This document shows, one piece after another, positions 19,015 through 28,693 of a stretch of DNA of 64,000 nucleotides. The notes beneath the pieces were generated by a model that had not been told where the DNA came from, did no database searches, and saw only the letters and a program-made list of their open reading frames with translations. Each line of letters opens with the position of its first letter. Position 1 is the stretch's first letter. The translations under genes and the position numbers were made by a program. Source of the DNA: an uncultured virus (IMG/VR IMGVR_UViG_3300015609_000147) (taxonomy: Duplodnaviria > Heunggongvirae > Uroviricota > Caudoviricetes); IMG/VR virus record IMGVR_UViG_3300015609_000147. The stretch is one strand, 5' to 3'.

Positions 19015-19953
19015 TTACGCTGCCGCGCCCTGGAACAGGAAGCCCGCCGTAGCGCCGACCAGCTCGGGGCTGTAGGCGTCGCAGACAGGGTAGTACCAGG
19101 TCTGCTCGTTCTTGCCGAAGTACGGCTCTTCGACCTGGGGGCGGTCCTTGAGCTGGTAGGTGTAGCCGTAGTTGGGAGATCCGCGCTGTTGCATGGAGGC
19201 CGGCGTGGTGTAGGCCAGGATGGCGTCCAGGCCCCACATGTCCTTGAAGCCACCGTCCTCGAAGTAGGTGGCTTCGCCTTCGACGATGCGATCGATCTCC
19301 AGCAGGCGCTGCAGCTGCTCGATGGTCGCCGGCACACGGTCCACCGTCACGCTGATGCGATCCAGGATCTTGGGGTGGTTGCGCAGCGCCGACAACACCC
19401 GGGGGCCGAGGGTCATGACATTGGGCTTCTTGCCGATCTTCTTGCGGATCACTTCCTTGGCCTCGTTGAGATCCTCGGCCGGGTTGCTGTTGGGGTCGGT
19501 CCACTTGCTGGAGCCAGACAAGGCCGTCTTGTTCTCCGTGGGGTAGTTGGCCGGGTTGCGCGCCAGATCGGCTGCGAGCTTCTCGCGCTCATTCGCCATC
19601 ACGTCCTGCACCGTGTTGACCGCCATGGCGCCCATGTCGATGCCGGGAACGGCCTGGGCTTCCTCTTCATTCTCGATGGGGACTTGGCCTTCCAGGCGGT
19701 GATCCACCAGCGAGTACTTGCCCTTGGCATAGCCCAGCTGGATGCGCTTGGTGTTCGCACCGGGCGCACGGGCCGTGTTCACCAGGCGAAAGCTCTCAGG
19801 GCCGAAAACCAGGATGGTGCCGGCGCGCTGGCCGACCTGCACGACGGGAAACAGGATGCTGGCGATCTTGGCATTGGGCGAGCCATAACCGCGCGCCACC
19901 TCGGTGAGGATGGGATCGACGACGCGGAGATCGGAAAGGTTGGGTTGCGGCAT
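19015..19953 (-). CDS. Major capsid protein
   Basis: 312 aa, DPILT.VARGY start, follows the protease and decoration genes. Confidence 0.85.
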   Translation of the reverse strand: MPQPNLSDLRVVDPILTEVARGYGSPNAKIASILFPVVQVGQRAGTILVFGPESFRLVNTARAPGANTKRIQLGYAKGKYSLVDHRLEGQVPIENEEEAQAVPGIDMGAMAVNTVQDVMANEREKLAADLARNPANYPTENKTALSGSSKWTDPNSNPAEDLNEAKEVIRKKIGKKPNVMTLGPRVLSALRNHPKILDRISVTVDRVPATIEQLQRLLEIDRIVEGEATYFEDGGFKDMWGLDAILAYTTPASMQQRGSPNYGYTYQLKDRPQVEEPYFGKNEQTWYYPVCDAYSPELVGATAGFLFQGAAA

Positions 19954-19989
19954 GAGTTTCTCCAGAGAATGATTCAGGGATGGGATGGA

Positions 19990-20361
19990 TCAGGCAGCAG
20001 CGCTGACCAGGCCGGCGGACGGAACCAGCAGCACCTCGATGCGCTCGCCCGCTGCGGCAGCTACGCCGAGCGCCCGGGCCACAGGGCTCTTGCTGCCCAC
20101 GGTCAAGGGCACGACGCGGCCCTGCGCGTCGACCATGAGGGCCGCGTCCAGGGAGATGGCACCGCCCGCCTCGACGATGGAGGTGCCCTGCACATCGACG
20201 GGCAGCAGATCACCGGCCTGGGCTGCGCTGGTGCGCGTGACGCCGAAGGCAACGCCGCCGGCGACGGGATAGCCGCCGGACTGCGTGACGAAGCGTTCGG
20301 CAGAGACGGCGGCGCTCGCCACCACGGTCAGGGTCAGAGTGGAAATGTTCCCGGAGGGCAT
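19990..20361 (-). CDS. Capsid decoration/cement protein (DUF2190-like)
   Basis: 123 aa, VEAGGAI...DAQGR...ALGVAAAAGERIEV pattern. Confidence 0.75.
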   Translation of the reverse strand: MPSGNISTLTLTVVASAAVSAERFVTQSGGYPVAGGVAFGVTRTSAAQAGDLLPVDVQGTSIVEAGGAISLDAALMVDAQGRVVPLTVGSKSPVARALGVAAAAGERIEVLLVPSAGLVSAAA

Positions 20362-20398
20362 GTTGTGCTCCTAGTGAGGGGGTTGACGATCCGGGCGC

Positions 20399-21751
20399 TC
20401 AGCTGGCGTAGCCCAGTTCCTTGAGCGCGGCGACGAAGCTGATGCCCTTCTCCTTCGCCAGGGTCTTGGCCTCTTCGATCTGCTGCACCCTGGACTTTTC
20501 GCCCTTGTCGGCCGGCGCGGCGCTGCCCTTGGCAGCCGGCGGCGCATCCTGCTTGTGGGCCTCGATGGCAGCAGCGCGCAGCGCCTTCTCTGCGCCCAGC
20601 ACCGCCAGGCTGGCGTCGGCGGCCGAGGTCTTGCCGTCGAACGCCAGGCCCTGCAGCAGCTCCTCGTGGCCGGGCAGGCCCTCGCCCACGGCGAGGACCG
20701 CCTTGATGCGGTCGCGCTCCTGGGTGGAGCCCAGGACGATGAACTCGGCCTTGAGGGCCGCGAAGAGAGGGGCGTGGTCCTGCTCGAAAGACGCACGCGT
20801 GATGGAATCGGACATTGCTGTTTCCTTTGGATCACGGGTTGAGGTTTTGTCTTTGGGCGCAGCACCGGCGCTTGCTGACGGAGCCACCGGCTTGATCACG
20901 GCCTTGCGGCGCGACGCGAACTCGGTGGGATCTGCGGCCATGCGCTCCAGCAATGCGTCGAGGGTGGAGACACCGTCCACCAGCCCCGCATCGATGGCCT
21001 GCTGGCCACGGAACACGCGGCCATCGGCCATGTGCTCGAGAACTTGCTCGGCGCTGACGCCGCGGTAACGCGCAACGTCGTCCACGAACAGCGTGTAGAC
21101 GTAGTCGACGTCCGCCTGGACAACCGCCCGGGCCTCATCGGACAGGGGCTCGTTCGGCTTGGACAAGCGCTTGTATTTGCCGGCGGTGATGCTTTCCTGC
21201 TGCACGCGAGACGAGGGGTCGAACTCCCGGTCCACCACCACGCCGATGCTGCCCACGCTGACGACGGAGCCGCTGACGAAGATAGCGTTGGCGCCGCTGC
21301 CGGCCCACATGCCCGCGCTCAGCAGCATCTCGCTGGCGTGCACGACCAGCGGCTTGATGGCACCGGCATCGTGGATGGCCTGGGCGAACTCCGGCACGCC
21401 GATCACGTTGCCGCCGGGCGTGTCCATCGCCACGACGATGCTGCGCACCCGCGCGTCTGCCAGGGCGCTTTCAATCTGCAGCGTGGCCTGCCGGGTGCTG
21501 ATGCCGCCCGACACGCGCATGAACAGGTTGGCCTTGGGGGCCATCACGCCGGACAGCTTCAACAGCGCCACGCCGCCGGGCAAGACCTCGTACTCCTGCT
21601 GTTCGTGCGCCAGCGGCCGGCCCAGCCGGGCCTCGATGGCGTCAAGGTCCAGCTTCTCGCCGCGCAGATGCATGGCGTAGATGCCCTGGATCTCGCGCAG
21701 CATGCCCGGCTCGATGGCCCAGGCGCCAAGAATCATGTCGTGCAGCGTCAT
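20399..21751 (-). CDS. S49 prohead protease (gpC-like) with probable internal scaffold start at 20815
   Basis: DTPGG, SAGMW, GSIGV, AGKYK motifs; AAAGGA RBS before in-frame MSDSITR (Nu3-like). Confidence 0.9.
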   Translation of the reverse strand: MTLHDMILGAWAIEPGMLREIQGIYAMHLRGEKLDLDAIEARLGRPLAHEQQEYEVLPGGVALLKLSGVMAPKANLFMRVSGGISTRQATLQIESALADARVRSIVVAMDTPGGNVIGVPEFAQAIHDAGAIKPLVVHASEMLLSAGMWAGSGANAIFVSGSVVSVGSIGVVVDREFDPSSRVQQESITAGKYKRLSKPNEPLSDEARAVVQADVDYVYTLFVDDVARYRGVSAEQVLEHMADGRVFRGQQAIDAGLVDGVSTLDALLERMAADPTEFASRRKAVIKPVAPSASAGAAPKDKTSTRDPKETAMSDSITRASFEQDHAPLFAALKAEFIVLGSTQERDRIKAVLAVGEGLPGHEELLQGLAFDGKTSAADASLAVLGAEKALRAAAIEAHKQDAPPAAKGSAAPADKGEKSRVQQIEEAKTLAKEKGISFVAALKELGYAS

Positions 21752-21755
21752 GGTG

Positions 21756-22067
21756 TCAGCCTCCCCTGCTCGGCCCGCTGCTCAGGTAGCGGTTCACATC
21801 GTTCATGGACTTCTGCAGATCCTTGACGTCGCGCCGGATGTCCGTCAGCGTTTCTTTCATGCGCGAGTCCTGCTCGCGCATGCGCTCGATGGCGACGGTG
21901 GCCTGGATCTCGGTGACGCTGACGCGCTTGTCCAGCGTGCTGTACGCGGAAAAGCCGGCCACCAGAAAGCCGACGAAAGTCAGCATGTGACCGAGGTTGA
22001 TCGTCGGGTCGAACACCATGCGGCGGCGGTGATGGGTCTCGGTCAAGGGGGCGAGATCAGTGCTCAT
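21756..22067 (-). CDS. Single-TM coiled-coil protein, possible holin
   Basis: 103 aa; TM INLGHMLTFVGFLVAGFSAY then heptad-rich tail; ATGA overlap with portal. Confidence 0.65.
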   Translation of the reverse strand: MSTDLAPLTETHHRRRMVFDPTINLGHMLTFVGFLVAGFSAYSTLDKRVSVTEIQATVAIERMREQDSRMKETLTDIRRDVKDLQKSMNDVNRYLSSGPSRGG

Positions 22068-23665
22068 TCCTGCTCCTGGGGGGCTTGTTTCGGAGGGGTT
22101 GTTTTGGGTTGCTGGGGCGCCGCTGCGCCGGCCTTGGGTGTGGGCAGCATTCCGTCCTTGACCAGGCGCTCGTACTCGGCCAGCTTCTGGTCGTAGGTCT
22201 CGTCCCAGCCGCTGCCGAACAGCTCCCACTCCGCGCGCTCGCGCGTCATCAGCCGCGCGTCGATGGCCTCGACGTAAGCCTCCACTTCGGCTTTGGGATC
22301 GATGCTGCCCATGCTGTCGCCCGGCCAGGCGGCACGCGTGTAGGCCCAGCGCAGCAGCGGGTCGGCAAAGAAACCCGGCGCGGGCACGCGGCCGCGCGCC
22401 ACCGCCTCGGTCAGCCAGGTCTCGAACACCGGCTGGCAAAAGCTCAGCGACAGCCAGTAGCGCACGCTGCGGAAATACACCCAGGCATCCAGCAGCGCGG
22501 CCTTGCTGGCGGAATAGCTGGAGTTGAATTGCTTGACCAGCAGCTCGAAGGGAAGGCCCAGGGCAATACCCATCTGCTTGATGACTGCCTGAATGAAGGG
22601 CTCGAAATTGGGATTCGGCCGCGACGGGTTGACGAAGGTTGCCTTCTCGCCAGGTGCCAGACCAACCACGGCGCCCATGCCCAGGGCAATGTCGGCAGGT
22701 GCCTCGCTCTGCGTCGCGCTGCCGCCATCAAACACCGGCGCCGCATTGCCGCCTGGTGCCTCAATGAACACCGTGAGGTAGGCGGTCAGCACCGCAGCCA
22801 TGATCTCGGCTTCGGTGTAGCGCGAGATCTGCTTGATGCAGTCGATGATCGGCGCCAGATAGGGCACGCCACGTGGCATGCCCGGGCGCAGGCAGCGGAA
22901 GTGGTGCAGCATGCGACGCCGGCCGCTGCGGCCCAGGCGTTCGATCCATTCGCCCTTGTAGGCACCGCCCGGCTTCGGCAAGCCGCTGCCTGGGTGCTTG
23001 TCATACAGGTGGTAGGCCTCTGGGGCACCGTGGGCGTTCAGGCGCACGCCGCCGGACTCGGTGTCGCTGTCAGCCTTGCCGCCGGGGTTGCCGACACGAT
23101 CCGCTTCCAGCACCTGGATGCGCAGCTCGTAGGGCTGGGTGGCCGTGCGCTCGCCATCTGGCAGCAGAGAGAAGCAGTCACCACTTTCCAGCGCGGACCG
23201 CAGGACCAGCGCCTGCAGCTGGTAGAAATTCTGCTTGCCCTCGATATCGCACTCGGTGCTGTCGGCCCACAGGCTGAATTCCTGCTGCACCTTGGCTTTC
23301 CACGCCAGAGCGCGATCGCGCGACCAGCCCAACACCGCAAGATTCGGCTGCGCGCTGAGCGCCAGGCCCGTGCCCACGACCCGGTCGATGTTGGTGTTGA
23401 TGGCACCCACCGCGATGGGACTGGTGCGCGCCAGCTCGCGCGACGCGCCACGCTGGAAAGGCAGTTGGCGCATCGTGTCCGACCGGGCATCCCGGGGACG
23501 CGGATTCCAGAAGCGGCGTGGAGAGGCAGAGCCGGCGGATGGCATCTCGCCGCCCATGGCCTGCATTGCTCCCAGCGCCTGGACCTTGGCGCGGGACAGC
23601 GCCCTATCAGCCGCCCAGCCGGGAGCCACCGCCGCAATCGCGCGATCAAGCAGATTGAGTTGCAT
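22064..23665 (-). CDS. Portal protein, lambda family
   Basis: 533 aa; RPG..RGVPYLAP, SYSASKAALL, IDPKAEV motifs. Confidence 0.95.
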   Translation of the reverse strand: MQLNLLDRAIAAVAPGWAADRALSRAKVQALGAMQAMGGEMPSAGSASPRRFWNPRPRDARSDTMRQLPFQRGASRELARTSPIAVGAINTNIDRVVGTGLALSAQPNLAVLGWSRDRALAWKAKVQQEFSLWADSTECDIEGKQNFYQLQALVLRSALESGDCFSLLPDGERTATQPYELRIQVLEADRVGNPGGKADSDTESGGVRLNAHGAPEAYHLYDKHPGSGLPKPGGAYKGEWIERLGRSGRRRMLHHFRCLRPGMPRGVPYLAPIIDCIKQISRYTEAEIMAAVLTAYLTVFIEAPGGNAAPVFDGGSATQSEAPADIALGMGAVVGLAPGEKATFVNPSRPNPNFEPFIQAVIKQMGIALGLPFELLVKQFNSSYSASKAALLDAWVYFRSVRYWLSLSFCQPVFETWLTEAVARGRVPAPGFFADPLLRWAYTRAAWPGDSMGSIDPKAEVEAYVEAIDARLMTRERAEWELFGSGWDETYDQKLAEYERLVKDGMLPTPKAGAAAPQQPKTTPPKQAPQEQE

Positions 23666-23671
23666 GGCAGC

Positions 23672-23914
23672 TTACCGGGGGGACAGGTAGACGACGCGGC
23701 GCACGCGGCCGGCCAGGCCCTGCAGGCGCTCGATGTTGGCGCGGCACTGCTGGATGCCACTGCGGACCTGCTCAAGATCGGCGCGGCGATTGCGCCTGGC
23801 GGTCTGTCCGTTGCCGATCATGTACTCCTGCGAATTCAGGATGCGTTGCTCGGCGTCGAGATAGGACTGCAGGCGCTCCCGCTCCTGCTGCAGTTCGGTG
23901 GCGGCATCAGTCAT
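23672..23914 (-). CDS. gpW-like head-tail joining protein
   Basis: YLDAE..IL..QEY.IG.....RRADL, directly before portal. Confidence 0.75.
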   Translation of the reverse strand: MTDAATELQQERERLQSYLDAEQRILNSQEYMIGNGQTARRNRRADLEQVRSGIQQCRANIERLQGLAGRVRRVVYLSPR

Positions 23915-24666
23915 TACCAAGATCCTTTGGATTGCAGGCCAGCGATCGCGCGCTCGAACTCGGGACGGAAGCGCTCCAGCGCCACGCGCTGCACGGTGCC
24001 GCTGAAGTCGAGCCGGACCGAGTAGTCCGGCGCATTGCTGGTGAAGACGAACAGGGCGCGCAGACGCTTGCCCTCGCGCCGCCAGATGCCGTCAGGCCGA
24101 CCACCGCCCTGCGGCTGGCCTACGAACATGTCGTTGGCCAGGCGCCGGCCCTTGCGCAGCTTGGCGCCCGTGGCACGGTCGCGCGTGGAGCTGGCGGCGC
24201 GGATGCCCTTGAGGGCGTTGAGGATGGTGCGGACCTGGGCGCCGCTGACGTTCCCGTACGCATCCAACTTGGCCGCCGCGCCTGGCATGGCGTACTGCGT
24301 GGGCGACAGCACGCCCTGGTAGCGCAGGGCCATCTCCAGGCCCTTGTGCTTGCGCACGCCGCCCTCGACCTCGGGGAACAGGAAGTTTTCCGGGGCCACG
24401 CCCGGGGCATGCGCGCCCGTCTTGACCATCACGCGCGCCACCAGGTTGTCCTTGGTGGCGGGCTCGATGCGCAGTGCGTTGAGCGTGTAGGGCACGGGGT
24501 TGGAGAACACCTTGCGCATCTCGGCCGGCAGGTCCTCGGTCTGCGCCTGTTTGGCGCAGCGGGTCAGCGCCGTGGCCGCCGCATAGGGAATCATGCGCGA
24601 CGGCACGCCGCGCACGGACGCGATCACGTCGGCGATCGAGGCGCCCGTGCGGTGGATGGAAAGCAT
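23914..24666 (-). CDS. Neck/tail completion protein (gpZ-like)
   Basis: PYAAATALTRCAK...VFSNPVPYTLNAL, basic 250-aa protein. Confidence 0.6.
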   Translation of the reverse strand: MLSIHRTGASIADVIASVRGVPSRMIPYAAATALTRCAKQAQTEDLPAEMRKVFSNPVPYTLNALRIEPATKDNLVARVMVKTGAHAPGVAPENFLFPEVEGGVRKHKGLEMALRYQGVLSPTQYAMPGAAAKLDAYGNVSGAQVRTILNALKGIRAASSTRDRATGAKLRKGRRLANDMFVGQPQGGGRPDGIWRREGKRLRALFVFTSNAPDYSVRLDFSGTVQRVALERFRPEFERAIAGLQSKGSW

Positions 24667-24680
24667 GAATGGAGGCTCCA

Positions 24681-24719
24681 AAACAAAGCCCCCGACTCCT
24701 TTCGGAGACCGGGGGCTGA
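24681..24719 (-). terminator. Terminator just upstream of the late structural operon (tR'-like)
   Basis: AGCCCCCG-GTCTCC-GAAA-GGAGT-CGGGGGCT hairpin then UUGUUUU on the minus strand. Confidence 0.65.
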
Positions 24720-24817
24720 TACCGACTTTCGCTGCTGCGGTGGGGTGTCGGGAGGGTGTTTCTGCGTCAGGCGGATTTTTTAGACCTACCTGAATTACTG
24801 CGAATTTTGGGGTGTTT

Positions 24818-24862
24818 TGTCACCTGCCGTCCACGGAAAAAGTGTCACCTCTGGAGGTGACA
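24818..24862. promoter_or_regulatory. Putative late-regulator binding sites
   Basis: Palindrome TGTCACCTC-TG-GAGGTGACA (24843..24862) plus half-site TGTCACCT (24818..24825). Confidence 0.55.
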
Positions 24863-24919
24863 AAACAGGCTTTGACACTTCGGTCGACTGCAGCTAAAGG
24901 AACGAGGAATTGCCAGCAC

Positions 24920-25360
24920 TCACTGCGGCGACTGAATGGACGTGACCACGCCATTCTCGAGATAGACGTACTGGGATACACCGCCGCCACGGCGATAGAC
25001 CCACTGCTCATTCACACCATTGCTGCCAATGGTCTTGTTGATCTTGGTCGGACTGCCCCAAGAATTCTTGACCTGCGATTCAGACATCCCGCGCATGACC
25101 TTGCCGGAGATCATGGCGTCGAACTTCTCGTTGTCATCCCGCATCTTTGCCAAACGCGCTTGCGCACTGGCCTGATCAGCCCCCGTGTCCATGGCAGGGG
25201 CTGCATTGATGACCTCCGCTGACTTGGAGTCGTTGGTACAGGCGTGCTCCTGGTAGGTGACCTTGCCATTGGCATCCTTGCACTTGTTGATGGCCAAAGC
25301 TTGACCGCCAATGGCCAAAAGACAAGCCGCCAACGCAACGGCATGACGAGTACTGCGCAT
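24920..25360 (-). CDS. Exported DUF4124-like protein (cargo)
   Basis: Signal peptide ending ALA, then INKCKDANGKVTYQEHAC; C-terminal GMSESQV..SWGSP...EQWVY. Confidence 0.75.
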   Translation of the reverse strand: MRSTRHAVALAACLLAIGGQALAINKCKDANGKVTYQEHACTNDSKSAEVINAAPAMDTGADQASAQARLAKMRDDNEKFDAMISGKVMRGMSESQVKNSWGSPTKINKTIGSNGVNEQWVYRRGGGVSQYVYLENGVVTSIQSPQ

Positions 25361-25382
25361 TACCTCTCTCCTGAATAGATTC

Positions 25383-25853
25383 CTATGGGCCCATTCGTTC
25401 CGCAAGAATGGACTGCGCTGCGCAATATAAGCGCTTTCTGAAATCCCCCAGCACTGAATAGAAGTGTTTTCGACTGATTTTCAAGGCTGAGGCCGCCACC
25501 TTCACAGGTGCAACCCGGTGCACGTAGTACAGGTCGAAGACCTGCTTGTCGAGTGCGTCCGGCTGGCAGGTATAGGCCAGATGAAAGGCCGCCAGCTCGG
25601 CGCTGCAGGCCGCGTTCGGCCCGTCGGTGCGCAGTGGCCTGGTGCGCGAGCCGCTGAGCTGCCCCAGGATCGAGCCCATGTTTGGCGATGGTCCGTAGAA
25701 GCGCCGCGTGGCCTTCCACGCTACCCAGCGTTCGCACAGCTGGTCCAGATCACGCTGCTCGTCGCTGGCTTCCGGGTCGACGTCATCGTCCGGGGTCGGT
25801 GCAGTGGCGGCCAGGCGCAGAGCCTCGGGGTCATACAGTTCGGGGCGGATCAT
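25383..25853 (-). CDS. Q-like / sigma-region-4-like late regulator
   Basis: LCERWVAW start motif, C-terminal HTH VKVAASALKISRKHFY. Confidence 0.6.
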   Translation of the reverse strand: MIRPELYDPEALRLAATAPTPDDDVDPEASDEQRDLDQLCERWVAWKATRRFYGPSPNMGSILGQLSGSRTRPLRTDGPNAACSAELAAFHLAYTCQPDALDKQVFDLYYVHRVAPVKVAASALKISRKHFYSVLGDFRKRLYCAAQSILAERMGP

Positions 25854-27934
25854 CGGATTCCCTTTGAATAGATGCGGCGGCCGGCCGGCGCAGAGGGCGC
25901 AATCGGCGGCAGGAGGATGGACGGTGCGGCCGGTGGCGGCGCCAGCGGCTGGGCTGCGGGTGCGGCGTTTGCCCTCTCGGCAGGTACAGACGTCTGTACG
26001 GGCAGATCGGTTGGTGCAGCGGGCGGCTGGGTTGCGGTATCCATGGCAGGCACAGGCGCGAACAGATCGCCGATGGGCGGGATCAGTTTGTCGCGCAGCC
26101 GCTGCCAGTCCAGCGGGGTCCATTTGTGCAGGCCCAGCTGGTGGGCGATGGCCAAGTTGTAGACGCTGACGTCCCAGGCCTCATTGCGCTTGCCGTTGGG
26201 CTTGATCCATTCGCGGATGGCGCGGCCCTTGTGCCAGCGCACCCGGGGCTGCTCGACCACCATCTGGTCAAACCACTCGATCGGCAGCGCCTGGTTGAAG
26301 TGCATGGCGCCCGCGCCTTCGGCGAGATGCATGCGGTTGGACAGCCAATCCTTGGCAACGTCGGTACCTACGGTCCACAACTCCACGCCGCCCGGCGTCT
26401 TGCTGCCGCCCCAATCGATGTCCACACGGCTGGGCGAACTGCCCATGATGGGCTTGTTGGGGCGCGACGAGCCGTGCAACACGGTGCAGTTCAAGGGCCT
26501 TCGGGCCGAGCCGTAGTTGTATACGTCCTGCGTGTTGGCGCCACCGGCGTCGATGCCGTAGGCGCTGATCATGATGGGCCGGCCCGAGGCGTGCAGCAGA
26601 GGTGTGCGCCGGATCTCGTCCAGCCGCTGCCAGACACTGCCCGGCGCCTCGGGGGGCTCCGAGGGTGAGCCTTGCAGCACGATGTAGTCGATCACCCAAT
26701 GCTCCAGGCCCGGACCCCAGGCCTCGATCTGCACTTCCAGACGGTCGGGCTGGGTGTCGGCCGTCATGGTCGCAACCAGCGCCGGATCGGGCAGCACGCG
26801 CAGCGGGTACTTCTCGGCGCGGTCGCGCAGCTGCGTCGCAGTGGTGATGGTCTCGGCGTTCTTGTACGACAGGCCCAGCCGCGTGTTGTAGAACACCTGC
26901 ATGGCGTTGTGATCGCCCCGCTGCAGCTGCGCCTTGGCGTGCGAGTAGTCCCGCGCCAGCGTCAGCCAGGTGATGGCGCCGACCGGCATGTAGAACGCCG
27001 ACAGTGTGAAGCTGACGGTCTCGCCATCGCCCTTGGATGTGGCAACCCAGCGCGCCTGCCCACCGGCGGCCACGTCGCGCAGCATGGCGGTCTTGTGGCG
27101 TTCGTCGATCTCGCAGCCGCAGGCTGGGCACACGAACCAGGCGCGGTCCATGAAGCCGGTCTGCTCATCGCGGGCGAACCTGAAGTTCTCCAGCGCCAGC
27201 ACATGCAGGTGCTCACAGTGCGGGCAAGGCACGTGGTAGTACTCCTGCGTGCCCCGGGCAAACAGCTCGTCGATCTTCGAGAAGCCCTCGATGGCCGGGC
27301 TGGAGGTGTAGAAGAACTTGCAGTCGTTCTCGTACTGCGAGGCCCGTGCCTCGGCCAGGCGCACCGGATCGCCCTCGCCATCGATATTCAGCAGCAGCCG
27401 GTCTATCTCGTCGACATAGATGTAGGGCGCCGAGACTTCGGCCAGGTTGGCGGCAGAGCCGGCCGTGTTCATGAACAGCGTGGCATCGCCCAGGAAATCC
27501 TTGGCCTGCACCGTGTTGCGGGAGTCGCGGCTCTTCGAGGCGGCCACGCGCTCGGCCAGCACCGGCACGTTGCGGATCATCGTCGTAACGCGCGCCGAGA
27601 AGCGCTTGACCAGGGTGTCCGTGGGCTGCAGGGCCAGGATGTTGCGCGGGCGGCAGTGGATCAGCGAGGCGATCCAGTTGAGCGCTGTCTGCGTCTTGAA
27701 CATCTGGGACGCCACCTTCGCCACCACCCGCTTGCACGGATGGCCGGGCGACAGCACCTGGTGCACACGCCGCGCCGGGTAGCTGCGGTCGAACCGGAAC
27801 GGGCCGGGCTTGGGGCCGCTCTGCGGCAACTGCATGAACTTCTCTGCCCAGACATCGCACTGCAGTTCGGGATCAGGGCGCATGCCCTCGATCGCCGCGG
27901 CCACCATCAGGGCGTATCCATCTGCCAGGTTCAT
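25850..27934 (-). CDS. Terminase large subunit, lambda gpA family
   Basis: SQMFKT, YVDEID, SSP, CPHC...CPAC, FYNTRLGL, RNEAWD. Confidence 0.95.
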   Translation of the reverse strand: MNLADGYALMVAAAIEGMRPDPELQCDVWAEKFMQLPQSGPKPGPFRFDRSYPARRVHQVLSPGHPCKRVVAKVASQMFKTQTALNWIASLIHCRPRNILALQPTDTLVKRFSARVTTMIRNVPVLAERVAASKSRDSRNTVQAKDFLGDATLFMNTAGSAANLAEVSAPYIYVDEIDRLLLNIDGEGDPVRLAEARASQYENDCKFFYTSSPAIEGFSKIDELFARGTQEYYHVPCPHCEHLHVLALENFRFARDEQTGFMDRAWFVCPACGCEIDERHKTAMLRDVAAGGQARWVATSKGDGETVSFTLSAFYMPVGAITWLTLARDYSHAKAQLQRGDHNAMQVFYNTRLGLSYKNAETITTATQLRDRAEKYPLRVLPDPALVATMTADTQPDRLEVQIEAWGPGLEHWVIDYIVLQGSPSEPPEAPGSVWQRLDEIRRTPLLHASGRPIMISAYGIDAGGANTQDVYNYGSARRPLNCTVLHGSSRPNKPIMGSSPSRVDIDWGGSKTPGGVELWTVGTDVAKDWLSNRMHLAEGAGAMHFNQALPIEWFDQMVVEQPRVRWHKGRAIREWIKPNGKRNEAWDVSVYNLAIAHQLGLHKWTPLDWQRLRDKLIPPIGDLFAPVPAMDTATQPPAAPTDLPVQTSVPAERANAAPAAQPLAPPPAAPSILLPPIAPSAPAGRRIYSKGIR

Positions 27935-28506
27935 GATGCCGCTCCCTCGGGCAAGGCCCGCTGCAGGCGCTGCTCTGCAATGGCAAAAGCCTTGCGCAGC
28001 TCCTCGTTGATCAAGCGCTCGATCTCGCGCGAATCGGCCAGGCCCACCAGCAGGGGCGCCGCCCGCTGGCCCACGCCCATGGCTTCGTCACGCAGCGCGC
28101 GGAAGGCATCGAACACGCCGCGCCAGGCGGCCTCGCGCTCCACCAGGCGGCCAGCCTCGCGGGCGTTCTCGCGCTCCTCCCGCTCCACGGACGCGCGCTC
28201 CCGGCGCACGCGCAGGGCCTGGTAGTCGTCGCTGGCCGCAGGCTGGGCCGAATCCGGGGCCTGTGGCGGGTTTTTCGCTTCGCCCTCGCTTGCCCCTTGC
28301 TCGATGGGCAACAACGCGCCAGCGCGCCCGCTGTCGGCCCTGGCGCGCGTGTTCTGTGCCCACTGCAGGTCCGCCAGCGCGGCATGGATCTTTCCGTCGA
28401 TCAGCGCGATCCGGCCTTCCTTCACGGCCTTGGCCACGGCGGACTTCGCCACGCCACGGCGCCGCGCGTACTCGGCCTGCGTGATCAGGTCCATTCGCCC
28501 GTTCAC
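27931..28506 (-). CDS. Terminase small subunit (Nu1-like)
   Basis: wHTH QAEYARRRGVAKSAVAKAVKEGRI plus coiled coil; start may be ATG 28494. Confidence 0.85.
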   Translation of the reverse strand: MNGRMDLITQAEYARRRGVAKSAVAKAVKEGRIALIDGKIHAALADLQWAQNTRARADSGRAGALLPIEQGASEGEAKNPPQAPDSAQPAASDDYQALRVRRERASVEREERENAREAGRLVEREAAWRGVFDAFRALRDEAMGVGQRAAPLLVGLADSREIERLINEELRKAFAIAEQRLQRALPEGAAS

Positions 28507-28611
28507 TTCGACCCCCGGCGTTCACCGCTTTGTTCACTTTTCCCCAAACCAGCCACTGGCGCCTGCGCGGGGGCCGAATTACCCCCGTGATTCCATGCGC
28601 CGGGAGTACCT
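28501..28611 (-). other. Candidate lambda-type cos region
   Basis: Minus strand AGGTACT (cosQ-like), TCACGGGGGTAATTCGGCCCCCGCG (cosN-like dyad), three GTGAAC repeats at the terS start. Confidence 0.5.
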
Positions 28612-28693
28612 ATGCCGGGGGTGGTGGTGCCGCCGGCCGTCAACAGATCCAGCCCTTCCATTTCTTCTTTCCTCTCTCTATACAAACAAAGAA

